A program made the translations under genes and the position numbers. The notes under the pieces were generated by a model, which saw nothing but the letters and a program-made list of their open reading frames with translations, searched no databases and was not told where the DNA came from. A stretch of DNA of 63,803 nucleotides, filler included, from Octopus bimaculoides (taxonomy: Eukaryota), in the NCBI RefSeq assembly GCF_001194135.2. It is 6 parts of 6 records of this genome, joined end to end, with 100 filler letters (N's around TTAATTAATTAA, not from the genome) between each part and the next. Parts side by side here need not be neighbours in the genome. Positions count along the whole stretch, not along the records: positions 43,272 to 61,964 come from NW_026295709.1; positions 62,065 to 63,803 come from NW_026303808.1; 4 more parts are not named here. One strand, written 5' to 3'. Positions 52,542 through 63,803 of the stretch are shown one piece after another. How positions within the stretch are numbered: the first letter of the stretch is position 1; the number at the start of each line of letters is the position of its first letter.

Positions 52542-53478
52542 AGTATTTCCTCTGTTGTCATGTTCTGAGTTCAAATTCTGCCAAGGTCAACTTTACCTTT
52601 CATCCTTTTGAGAGTCAATGAAATAAGTACCAGTTGAACACTGGGGTCGATGTAATTGATTTCCCCTTTCCTCAAAAAGTGCTGCCCTTGTGCCAGAATT
52701 TGAAACCAATATGTTTCACAGCACAGGTAGAACTGGTTCTGATATTGATCTGATGGCATAAAAGATGCACAGGTATATTAGCCTCACCCCAGTTTTAACA
52801 ATTTCCATCCATGAAATTCACTCACATAACATTGTTCAGCCACAGGCTATAGTAGAAGACACTAGCCTAAGGAGCTGCATAGTGGGACTGAACCCGAAAC
52901 CATGTGGTTACAACCCAAGCTTCTTAACCACACAGCCAAGCCAAAATATTTGACATTTTCGTGCACTTTAAAAAGAAAAAAAAAAGGAAAACATACAAAT
53001 ACAGAGAAAAAAATACAAAATGTAAATAATAAAAATCAAATTTAAAAGAGTTGCTGCTTCATACTTCAAAATAAATATTAATATAGACCTAGTGAGGACA
53101 AGGACGATGGAAAATAGTAATAATATTGTGTCCAAAATACACGGCACACACACACATTTATATATTGACATTATATAGACATATCGGTGTGTATATTTAA
53201 ATTGCTCTTGAATGTCACAAACTACATAGATGTCTGGATAGTTAGCTCCGAAAAACAAAACTAAATATATATTAGCTATGTATTAGTATATATCTCTCTC
53301 TCTCTCTGTATGTGTTTATGTATATATGTAGATAGATTGTCTCATATTTGAAGTGATTGTCCTCCAAGTAACAAGACGAAGTGATGAAGTCATTTTAATA
53401 TTATCAATAAATAGTTTTAATTTCCCACTTGTCTGCCAGTGAGTGTATATGTGTGTGTGTATGGATATATATATATAT

Positions 53479-53905
53479 GGCGTTAGGAAGGGCATCCAGC
53501 TGTAGAAACTCTGCCAAATCAGACTGGAGCCTGGTGTTGCCATCCGGTTTCACCAATCCTCAGTCAAATCGTCCAACCCATGCTAGCATGGAAAGCGGAC
53601 GTTAAACGATGATGATGATATATATCATCATCATCATCGTTTAACGTCCGTTTTCCATGGGTTGGACAGTTTGACTGGGGACTGGCAAGCCAGGAGGCCA
53701 CACCAGGCTCCAATCTGATCTGACAATGTTTCTACAGCTAGATGCCCTTCCTAATACCAACCATTCTGAGAGTGTAGTGGGTGCTTTTTACGTGCCACCA
53801 GCACGGGAGTCAGTCAGGTGGCACTGGCATCAATCACGTTTGGATGATGCTTTTTACAAGCCACCAGCACAGGGAGCCAGTCAGATGGCACTTGCAACGA
53901 CCTAC
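53479..53905. mobile_element. Two RTE 3' UTR copies arranged tail to tail (53479-53619 +, 53626-~53905 -)
   Basis: The (GAT)n tail, then atatat, then (CAT)n and the reverse-complement tail. Confidence 0.8.
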
Positions 53906-54069
53906 GCATGAATGGTGCTAGAATAAAAACAATTTTATATTAATTTGATGAGTTGCTGCATACTTTTGTAGAGAACAAATTTATTATTCTTAAAAAAGAA
54001 TATTATTGACAGTGACTTTGAAGATTTAGCCAGTCACTGTAAAAGCCATATACAGCAATGCTGTCGGAA

Positions 54070-55205
54070 AGGTGAACATTAGCAACGAGTATAGTGATGA
54101 ATTAATAGTATAAGTAGGGTTCACCAAAGCTCCTTTTGTTCATTATAGTCCTCCAGGCAATAACATAGGAATTTTAAGACAGGCTGAGCCTGGGGGCTCC
54201 TCTATGCCGAATCACTTCCAGAACTAAAGAAGAAATTTCAGATGTGAAAGCAAGGTCTAGAATCAAGGTGCCTTAGAGTTAATCTTATAAAAACCAAAGT
54301 CTTAGTCAATAGGAAAGCAGACAAATCACAAATCTCTTCAGGTAGATGGCCTTGCTCAATATGTAGAAAAGGCATAGGTAGACACTCCGTAAAATGTACC
54401 TGGTGTAAGCTGTGGACACATGAGTGGTGCAGCAATATCAGAACAAGGTTAACAGGGAAAATAGTTTTTATATGTGGAAGGTGCATAGGTACATTTAACA
54501 CAAAAATTTACAGAAAACAGACTCCATCAAATGCCAGCAGGGAAAACTAGAAGTAGTTGATAGCTTCCATTACTTAGGTGATCAAGCCAGTAGTGGGTGG
54601 GTGTTCTGAGAACATAGCTGTAAGAATGAAGATAGGCTGGGCAAAGTTCAGAGAGCTCCTACCTCTGCTAGTAACAAAGAGCCTCTCTCTGAGTGAAAGG
54701 AAGATTGTATGATGCCTGTGTGTGAACAGCCATGTTACACAGCAGTGAAACATGGGCTGTGACTACCAAGGACATGCGTAGGCCAGTAAGAAATGAAGTT
54801 ATCATGCTTTACTGGATGTGTAATGTCAGTGTGCATGCACAACAGTGTAAGTATTTTGAGAGAAAAGTTAGACATAAGAGGCATAACATGTGTTGGGCAT
54901 AACATGTGTTTTGCAAGGAAGACAACTGTGTTGGTATGGTCATGTGATGTGTATGGATGAGGACAGCTGTATAAAGAAGTGCTGCACTTTAGTAGTAGAG
55001 GGAACCTGTGGAAGAGGGAGACCCAGGAAGATGTGGGACAAGGTGGTGAAGCATGATCTTTGAATGTTGAGCCTCACAGAGACAATGATAAGTGACCAAG
55101 GGCTTTGGAGATATGCCATGCTTGAGAAGACTCATCAAGCTGAGTGAGAGTATAGGCCTGGCTGATGCCAGTGTCATGCAACTGGCATGCACTACACTCT
55201 TGGAG
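54070..55205 (+). mobile_element. Decayed RTE LINE RT region with a PHD-like finger between RT motifs
   Basis: Fragments read KTKVLV, WPCSICRKGIGRHSVKCTWCKLWTHEWC...FICGRC, KLEVVDSFHYLGDQ, GWAKFRELLPLL, SETWAV, WYGHVM and RGRPRK.W. The 3' part is homologous to 60360-60750. Confidence 0.85.
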
Positions 55206-55526
55206 TAGTTGGCCTCAGGAGCAAGTGTCTTCTGCTATAGCCACAGGCCGACTAAACCCTTGTGAGTGGATTTGGTAGACGGAAACTAAAAGAAGCTCAT
55301 CGTGTATACAGATATATATATGTTTGTGTGTCTGTGTTTGTCCTCCCACCATCGCTTGACAACCGATGTTGGTGTGTTTATGTCCATGTAACTTAGTGGT
55401 TCGGCAAAAAGACCAATAGAGTAAGTACTCGGCTTACAAAGAATAAGTCCTGGGGTCGATTTGCACAACTAAAGGCGGTACTCCAGCATGGCTGCAGTCA
55501 AATGACTGAAACAAATAAAAGAACAT

Positions 55527-55557
<31 letters not shown>

Positions 55558-57108
55558 ATTATTACATGATCGAACGCACGCGTCATCTTTGCAAGTAAGT
55601 TTCAACTTTATATTTCTGACACGATTCTATCTATCTTTGTATCTTTCTCCCCCTCTCATTCTTCCTTCTGCTGTTCTTTGCCTCTCCCCTTCTCTACTAT
55701 ATCTCTCTCTCTTCCTCCCTGTCTCTTGTTGCTCACCTATATTCTACTTCCTCCCCTTTTTTTTCTCTCTCTACCACTCTTTCTCCTTACCCCTCGCTGG
55801 TCACATGTCACCGGCTACTGCTTTCTTTCTTCTCTTGGCCACTACCAAGCCAGCACAAACTTCTTCTCTCTTCCTTTGAGTTCGTCACATCACAGCGTTC
55901 AGTATACAGATATATTTTTCACGTCTGGCCCTACTAGCCCTTCTTGTTTATTTTCACTGTTTTGTTTTCCGTTCGCCAGGATATTCCTCCGCATTACCAA
56001 TTTAATTTGTTTCCGCGGGAAGAGCCATTCTAACAATGCATCCTGCCCTAACTCTTTGAAACGCTTAGTTTTAGAATGGTGGTAGCTGATGAAGGAAAGG
56101 TTCTCTATGTGGCCTGTGTGTTTTCTGTGCTCTGTTTATGTTCTGTTTTTCATTTTGTCCACGTTTTTTTTTGTGACGTCCTGTACCCAGATATGCATCT
56201 ATATATACATGTAGATGTAGGTATGTACATACATGTACGTATATATGCATATACTCACATATTATTTATATATATATATACAGAGAGGGAGAGAGAGAAA
56301 TGAAAATGAAGTAGTGATAATAATGGTGGTGGTGGAGGTGAACAAACCATGTTTACATGTCACAATTATAGTCAATGCTTAAAACAAAATCTTCCCACTT
56401 TCTGCCATTGCTTAACAACAACATAACAGTCACATATTGAAACTCCTCGCAGTTGCTTACGAGTAAACAGAAAGATAGACAGATAGATACACCGTCAGAT
56501 ACAGCAATGTACCTCGTCAGAAACTTCGATGCTGTACTAATCAATTGATTAGCTATCGATCTCATGGACAATCGCCATTAAAATATCAATTGATCAAACA
56601 ATGTTTGTTTGTTTTTTTTTGTTTTTTTCGAACTTTCATCAACTTCATTTGATCTACGTTAATTGATTTCGACAAACATGAACATATAGTGTGCTAGTGT
56701 GATATCGATGTAAAACAATGATAATAAAACTTTTTTCATATACATTCCTTCCCTCTTTCTCTCTCTCTCTCTCTGTTTCTCTCTCTCTCTGTTTCTCTCT
56801 CCTTTTCCCTTTCTCTCTGTGTCTCTAGTTCTCACGGTTCCATTCATAGACACCAAAGCCATTCTTTTATTAACTGGGCATTCGCAGTATTATCGACTGG
56901 TCGTATTACTGTGGAATCAGACTTCAGTTCCTCTGCCTAGACAATTCACACACACACACACACACACACACTTTTATACATGCATGTGTAATTGTCAAAT
57001 ACATATATTTTATAGATATAATCCATATACACATATATAGCGTATATATAAATGTACATATGTGTGTATATGCATGTATGTGTGTGCTTATGTATATATG
57101 TGTGTATA

Positions 57109-57177
<69 letters not shown>

Positions 57178-57711
57178 TGTTTGCATAAAACTTCAATGAT
57201 TCTTGCTAGGATGCATACATACAACACATTCACAGACAAAATGTGTACAAACGTGTGTGTATACATACATACATACATACATACATATTTATTTATTCAT
57301 ATATATTCATATATTTATATATTGTATGTGTATATATACACAGAGACATATGTAGATGTATATGTAATTATAAATACATATGGATACATATATACATGTG
57401 CATATATACATATAGAAATATGTAGATATACATACATACAGACATATATATATATATATATATGTGTGTGTGTATATTATTTTATTCTTTTGCATGTTCC
57501 TGTCAATTTGACAGCAGCCATGCTGGAGCACAGCCTTGAAGTGTTTTAGTTAAAGAAATCAACACCAGGTGTCGTTCTTTGTAAGCCTAGAACTTATTTT
57601 ATTGGTCTCTTTTGCTAAACTGCTAAGTTACAGGGTCATAAACACACCAGTATCAGGTGTCATGAGATGGTTGGGGAACAAACACAGACACACACATAAA
57701 TATACACATAC

Positions 57712-57743
<32 letters not shown>

Positions 57744-57749
57744 TATAAT

Positions 57750-57960
57750 CATCATCCAGTGTTTTAAATCCAGGTTTTGTCCCTGTTAACGGGGGTGGCT
57801 GGATCTACCTCAATGCCATAGCATCCAAGGTAGGCAGGTGCAGCCCATCCCAACCTTTGGGCTGCACCTGGTGCCCATTCTCCTTTGCTATCATGAGGCT
57901 TTTTTGGAGCTGGATTTTCTACGGAGAACATACCCTTGCTTACCCCCAACCTCAGTTTCT
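57750..57960 (-). mobile_element. Divergent RTE-type 3' UTR with a short (GAT) tail and an internal 12-bp hairpin
   Basis: Minus strand reads ...gtagaaaatccagc...ggacaaaacctggatttaaaacactggatgatgat. Hairpin aggtgcagccca/tgggctgcacct. Confidence 0.45.
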
Positions 57961-58216
57961 AGACATGAGTGATTCCAAGACCAAGGCCTCTACCACGATT
58001 TTTAAGAAATGGGGTGGAAAACTAGCTCAGGAAGGCAGGGATACTATTCCCTGAAACCCCTTTTGGAGCCCCCACCACCTATACAACAGGCTTCTTTCAG
58101 TTTCTGTCTACCAAATCCACTCACAAGGTTTTGATCAGCCAAAGACATCACACAGTAGGATTAAATCTGGAACCATGTGTTTGAGAAGCAAGCTTCTTAT
58201 CCCACAACCACACTTG

Positions 58217-58250
<34 letters not shown>

Positions 58251-58386
58251 CGACCACTAGCCACTAAAGCTTTTTTTATTCTCACTCTGTCTATTTCCTC
58301 ATGTTCCTTTCTGTTTAAGAACATAGGCTTGAAACGTAAAAGACTTTCTCACCTTCCCGAACATTAAACTAATACACCTGTTTGTT

Positions 58387-58535
58387 CATTATTTACATTA
58401 TTTACATTTGACAGATATTTGTCCTCATCTTGTTTGTTGTTAACACGTTTTGGCTGATATACCCTCAGCCATCATCAGGTGTCTTGGGGAAATTTCAAAC
58501 CTGGATTCTCATTCCTAAGGTATTTTTCGATGTTG

Positions 58536-58583
<48 letters not shown>

Positions 58584-58872
58584 TCACTGCCTGGAATCAA
58601 ACTCGGAATCTTGGGGTTAGTAACCCCAAGATTCTGAATTCGATTCCAGGCAGTGACCGGAATAATAATAATAATAATGATAATAATAATAATAACATTG
58701 AAAAATACCTTAGGAATAAGAACCTAGGGTTGAGATTTCCCCAAAACACCTGATGAAGGCTGGAGGGTATATCAGCCGAAATGTTGTGTTAACAACAAAC
58801 AAGATGAGGACAAATATCCATCAAATGTTAATAATGTACATAATTCCTCATCTCTTAAATATAGAACTGTAT
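58387..58872 (+). mobile_element. Second copy of the tRNA-head/hammerhead element, almost entirely palindromic (centre 58620); 12-bp TSD
   Basis: TSD cacctgtttgtt at 58375-58386 and 58873-58884. Centre ggggtta-g-taacccc. Same terminus ...aattcctcatc.cttaa.tatagaactgtat as copy 1. Confidence 0.8.
58745..58790 (+). ncRNA. Candidate minimal hammerhead ribozyme, second copy
   Basis: AACAC CUGAUGA A GGCUG-gaggguauau-CAGCC GAAAU GUU^ GUGUU; C15.2 is changed to U. Confidence 0.55.
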
Positions 58873-59067
58873 CACCTGTTTGTTGTGACTTTAACTTTTT
58901 CGTTACCATAAATATGCCACATATAATTTGTTTACCCACATATATATTTTGAGATGCTCTGTTTTTCTTTCAATAAATGGTCACATGATTACACCCCACC
59001 CCCTTGTAATAGTTGTGGCCAATATTGACACCACATGTATTGAGAAAATAATATTTTTTTAAAGTAA

Positions 59068-59500
59068 GACGGTGAACTGGCAGAAGCATTAGCACGCCGG
59101 GCGAAATGACTAGTGGCATTTACGTCTGCCATTACGTTCTGAGTTCAAATTCCATCAAGATCAACTTTGCCTTTCATCCTTTCAGGGTCGATAAATTAAG
59201 TACCAGCTATGCACTGGGGTCGATGTAATCGACTTAATCCCTTTGTCTGTCCTTGTTTGTCCCCTCTATGTTTAGCCCCTTCTGGGCAATAAAGAAATAA
59301 GAAATGTTAGCACGCCGGGCGAAATGCTTAGTGGTATTTCGTCTGTCTTTACGTTCTGAGTTCAAATTCCGCCAAGGTTGACTTTGCCTTTTATCCTTTT
59401 GAAGTTGATAAATTAAGTACCAGTTGCATACTGGGGTCGATCTAATCGACTGGCCCCCTCCCAAAATATTTCAGGCCTTGTGCCTAGAGTAGAAAAGAAT
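59068..59500 (+). mobile_element. Two tandem copies of the same tRNA-derived SINE family
   Basis: ttagcacgccgggcgaaatg..tacgttctgagttcaaattcc..ctttgcctttcatcc occurs twice (~59068-59300 and ~59305-59500). Confidence 0.85.
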
Positions 59501-60313
59501 ACTTTTTTNNNNNNNNNNNNNNNNNNNNNNNNNNNNNNNNNNNNNNNNNNNNNNNNNNNNNNNNNNNNNNNNNNNNNNNNNNNNNNNNNNNNNNNNNNNN
59601 NNNNNNNNNNNNNNNNNNNNNNNNNNNNNNNNNNNNNNNNNNNNNNNNNNNNNNNNNNNNNNNNNNNNNNNNNNNNNNNNNNNNNNNNNNNNNNNNNNNN
59701 NNNNNNNNNNNNNNNNNNNNNNNNNNNNNNNNNNNNNNNNNNNNNNNNNNNNNNNNNNNNNNNNNNNNNNNNNNNNNNNNNNNNNNNNNNNNNNNNNNNN
59801 NNNNNNNNNNNNNNNNNNNNNNNNNNNNNNNNNNNNNNNNNNNNNNNNNNNNNNNNNNNNNNNNNNNNNNNNNNNNNNNNNNNNNNNNNNNNNNNNNNNN
59901 NNNNNNNNNNNNNNNNNNNNNNNNNNNNNNNNNNNNNNNNNNNNNNNNNNNNNNNNNNNNNNNNNNNNNNNNNNNNNNNNNNNNNNNNNNNNNNNNNNNN
60001 NNNNNNNNNNNNNNNNNNNNNNNNNNNNNNNNNNNNNNNNNNNNNNNNNNNNNNNNNNNNNNNNNNNNNNNNNNNNNNNNNNNNNNNNNNNNNNNNNNNN
60101 NNNNNNNNNNNNNNNNNNNNNNNNNNGTTCCGTGTGCTGTGTGCTGATCAAGCCGACAAGAAAGACAGCCTCAATGAGGTCGTTGTGCAGGCTACAGCTA
60201 GAAATAGCAGCCAAACCACACTTTGCCACCTAAAAAATAAGAAAATAGGAATGAAAATACACTGGATGATATAATGCTATATATATGTATATGTGAGTGT
60301 TTGTCTCTCTCTG

Positions 60314-60359
<46 letters not shown>

Positions 60360-60364
<5 letters not shown>

Positions 60365-61119
60365 TGACGAAGCATGATCTTCAAATGTTAGGCCTCATGG
60401 CGGTGATAACAAATGACCGAGACCTTTGGCGACATGTGGTGTTTGAGAAGACTCATTAAGCCAAGTGAAATCATAGTTGTGGCCATTGCCAATGTCATAG
60501 AAATAGCACCTGCGAAATTGTAGTTGTGGCTGTTGCCGGTGTCATGCAAATGGCACCTGTGCTGGTGGCACATAAAAGAGGCACCCATTATACTTTTGGA
60601 GTGGTTAATGTTAGGAAGGGCATCCAGTTGTAGAAACCATGCCAAATTAGACTGGAATCTGGTGCAGCTCTAACCCATTCCAGTCAGACTGGCTAACCCA
60701 TGTCAGCATGGAAAACAGACGTTAGATAATGATGAAGATGATGATGATGATATATAAGATGCACCATTTTGAGCGTGACCGTTGCCAGTACCGCCTGACT
60801 GGCCTTCGTAGGATTTTTTCGAGCGAGATCGTTGCCAGTGGCCCTGGACTGGCTCTTGTGCGGGTGGCACATAAAAGACACCATTTTGAGCGTCGCCGTT
60901 GCCAGTACCGCCTGACTGGCCTTCGTGCGGGTGACACGTAAAAGCACCCAATACACTCTCTGAGTGGTTGGCATTAGGAAGGGTATCCAGCTGTAGAAAC
61001 TCTGCCAAATCAGATTGGAGCCTGGTGCTGCCATCCGGTTTCACCAGTCCTCAGTCAAATCGTCCAACCCATGCTAGCATGGAAAGCGGACGTTAAACGA
61101 TGATGATGATGATGATGAT
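60360..61119 (+). mobile_element. Two tandem RTE 3' ends (older 60360-60750; younger 60762-61119 with an internal ~47-bp duplication)
   Basis: The first includes ORF2-end codons KHDLQMLGLM...DRDLWRHVVFEKTH. Both end in (GAT)n followed by (AT)n. Confidence 0.8.
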
Positions 61120-61964
61120 ATATATCTGTCTGTGTGTATCTTTGTGTCTGTGTCTGTCCCCACCACTGCTTGACAACCAAGGTTGGTTTGTTTATGATCT
61201 CATAACTTAAAAGTTCAACAAAAGAGACCAATAGAATGGAAAAATAAGCACTGGGATTGATTCATTCAACTAAAAATTCTTCAGGGCAGTGCCCCAGCAT
61301 GGCCACGGTCAGATGACTAAAACAAGCAAAAGACAAATGACAAAACATGTGAGTCAAATTTAATTCTCATCACTTTGAAGTACCAGTAATACACTGAGAT
61401 CGATATCCATTTTGTTGATGAAAAGAATTTAGCTTCACACACTCTTGCTTTATTCATCATCCTGTGTCTGTGAAACCATCGATGCCCTGAAGAAACAATC
61501 GTAATTACTATTATCTTCATCATCACCATTATTTGTAGCAATGGTATCATAATGGCAACCATCAGTATCAACATGCCCTTTATATATATATATAAATGAA
61601 TTTATATATATATAAACGAATAATTATATTCATGGGAATAGAAATTTCCCTTACAAATTTTTTTACACACTAGCTTCCTGATAATATTCTTGTAACAGAT
61701 CTTATACTTTTTGGATTTTATTTTATTTTATTAACTATATATATATATATATATATATATACATACATACATACACACACCACACATATATGTATGTACA
61801 CCTATATAAATATATACATATATATATATATATATATACACACATACACACATGTATCTATACCTATATATATATATATATGTATACCTATATATAAATA
61901 TATATATGTATACCTATATATAAATATATAGTTTTAGGGAAAATAACCAATTTTCAAGAACTCA

Positions 61965-62064
61965 NNNNNNNNNNNNNNNNNNNNNNNNNNNNNNNNNNNN
62001 NNNNNNNNTTAATTAATTAANNNNNNNNNNNNNNNNNNNNNNNNNNNNNNNNNNNNNNNNNNNN
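61965..62064. other. Artificial 100-bp linker
   Basis: 44 N, TTAATTAATTAA at 62009-62020, 44 N. Confidence 0.95.
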
Positions 62065-62106
<42 letters not shown>

Positions 62107-62125
62107 CACGATTGTATGTATTTAT

Positions 62126-62398
62126 GTGTGCGCGGCTAAGTGGCTAGCGTATGCAGCTCATGATCGCACGGTCATGAGGTCGATTCTAGGTGGCGTGTTG
62201 TGTCCTTGAGCAAGATACTTTATTTCACGCTGCTCCAGTCTACTCAACTGGCAAAAATGTGTTGTACATGTAGTTGAATGGGCCAGCCTTGTCATATTCT
62301 GTGTCACGCTGAATTTTCCCGAGAATTACGTTAAGGATACGTGCGTCTGTGGAGTGCTCAACCACTTGCAGGTTAATTTCACGAGCAGATTGTTCGTG
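62126..62398 (+). mobile_element. tRNA-derived SINE with a different head/body but the same 3' module as 1988-2384
   Basis: Body tgttgtgtccttgagcaagatactttatttcac differs; the 3' part ccagccttgtca..cacgctgaat..gtctgtggagtgctca.ccacttgca.gttaatttcacgagcag is shared. Confidence 0.7.
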
Positions 62399-62695
62399 TC
62401 CGGTTCCTTGTGAGGTCTCTTATGAGTGCTGTTGGTAACATGGAGTTCAGTACAATCAGTTACATGGACTAGTCGACGGCAACTAAACCGACGTCCTTAC
62501 AAGGCTTGCATGTTGAGGAAGGTTGCTAGAACCCAGCAGGACTAAAAACAAGGTCGGATAAACCTAGTGTAGATTCTAGCAATAGCACACGACCTCAGAA
62601 ATTACGTGTTGGTGCCCGGTGGACTGGAAGATCACTGGGAATGAACTAACTACAGATTTTTGTTAAAGTATGTCTCTAAGAAAAGGTCTCTCTGA

Positions 62696-63075
62696 TTGTT
62701 GGCACTCCGTCGCTTACGACGACGAGGGTTCCAGTTGATCCGATCAACGGAACAGCCTGCTCGTGAAATTAACGTGCAAGTGGCTGATCACTCCACAGAC
62801 ACGTGTACCCTTAACGTAGTTCTCGGGATATTCAGCGTGACACAGTGTGACAAGGCTGACCCTGTGAATTACAGGCACAACAGAAACAGGAAGTAAGAAT
62901 GAGAGAAAGTTGTGGTGGAAGAGTACAGCAGGGGTCGCCACTATCGCCTGCCGGAGCCTCGTGGAGCTTTAGGTGTTTTCGCTCAATAAACACTCACAAC
63001 GCCCGGTCTAGGAATCGAAACCACGATCGTATGACCGCGAGTCCGCTGCCCTAACCACTGAGCTATTGCGCCTCC
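62696..63075 (-). mobile_element. Full-length tRNA-derived SINE, same family as 1988-2384
   Basis: Colinear high similarity over ~380 bp. Confidence 0.85.
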
Positions 63076-63803
63076 TCTCTCTGATATAAAACCAGGTATA
63101 CAGAGAATGGTATTAAACATTTATGGATCCTTTGTTTGTGCTCCTACGTTTCTGGGCATGTGACCCATATTGACATTGGATATCTTGGTTTGTTGCTGGA
63201 TATCTGGTGTGTCACTGGATCAGATCATTTAGGGTAGAGAGGGTCTATGAGACGCTGTGCAAGCCTTATTGGATTTAAAATTTCAGGTTGTGCAATCGCC
63301 GAGTGAGGCGACATTTCGATGCCCGGTCGAATAGGAAGGCGCCGCTGTTTGCAAGGAAGCCGCTGGCGCGAACCCGGTTGGGATCAGCCGCAGGTGCAAT
63401 AATCTCATGGACGAGAATTTTCGGTATTTTGCATGGGCAGTGGTCAGTGACAGTCTTCCTCGGTCATGAGTGAACAGCCATCATACACACACATACACAC
63501 ACACATGTACAGAGAGGTAATTATGCGGATAATAAATTTAGATACATTAAATATATGAAATATATGAAATATAGTAGTTTGGACATGAAATACAAAATAT
63601 TTATGTATAGGTATACATGCAAAACGAGAGACAGCACAAAGAGGAGACTTTCAGATGATGAATTTTTAAGTGTAAATATATAGACATTTGTATTAATAGG
63701 TTCAACTTAGACAGAATATAAACGACAGAGAAAATTAAAGTGTGGCAGAAAGGTGTTATAAGTTCAACAGCTGTTTCTGTCGGTGCGGGGAGCCATATAT
63801 ATA

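Noticed and set aside
62400-62690. HDV-like ribozyme in a possible RTE 5' UTR
   Set aside because: I could not build the P1-P4 double pseudoknot by eye; this needs a descriptor search.

Overview
AT-rich, microsatellite-saturated animal genomic DNA. The SINE, RTE and Dong-R4 repeats resemble those I associate with Octopus, so a cephalopod origin is an inference. The window is not one contiguous locus: five identical 100-bp artificial linkers (44 N + TTAATTAATTAA + 44 N) split it into six pieces whose adjacency is unsupported. The only host gene I can support is four spliced minus-strand exons (15476->10712, 190 in-frame codons) of an Sbf/MTMR5/MTMR13 myotubularin-related gene, reaching into the PH-GRAM region. 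The rest is decayed transposons and simple repeats: RTE LINEs (one with three C-terminal C2H2 fingers, one with a PHD-like finger inside the RT), Dong/R4, Tx1/L1, CR1-like, Penelope-like RT, Tc1, maT, Helitron/Helentron derivatives, piggyBac-like MITEs and several tRNA-derived SINEs. The most interesting signal is a twice-occurring ~400-490 bp element (52135-52541, 58387-58872). It combines a tRNA-like Pol III head, a (TAA)n linker and a Penelope-LTR-like tail carrying a minimal hammerhead ribozyme motif. Each copy has an inverted copy of itself at the 5' end and a 12-bp target-site duplication, suggesting a candidate Penelope-mobilised, ribozyme-bearing SINE. All alignments, translations and family assignments were done by eye or from memory, without searches.
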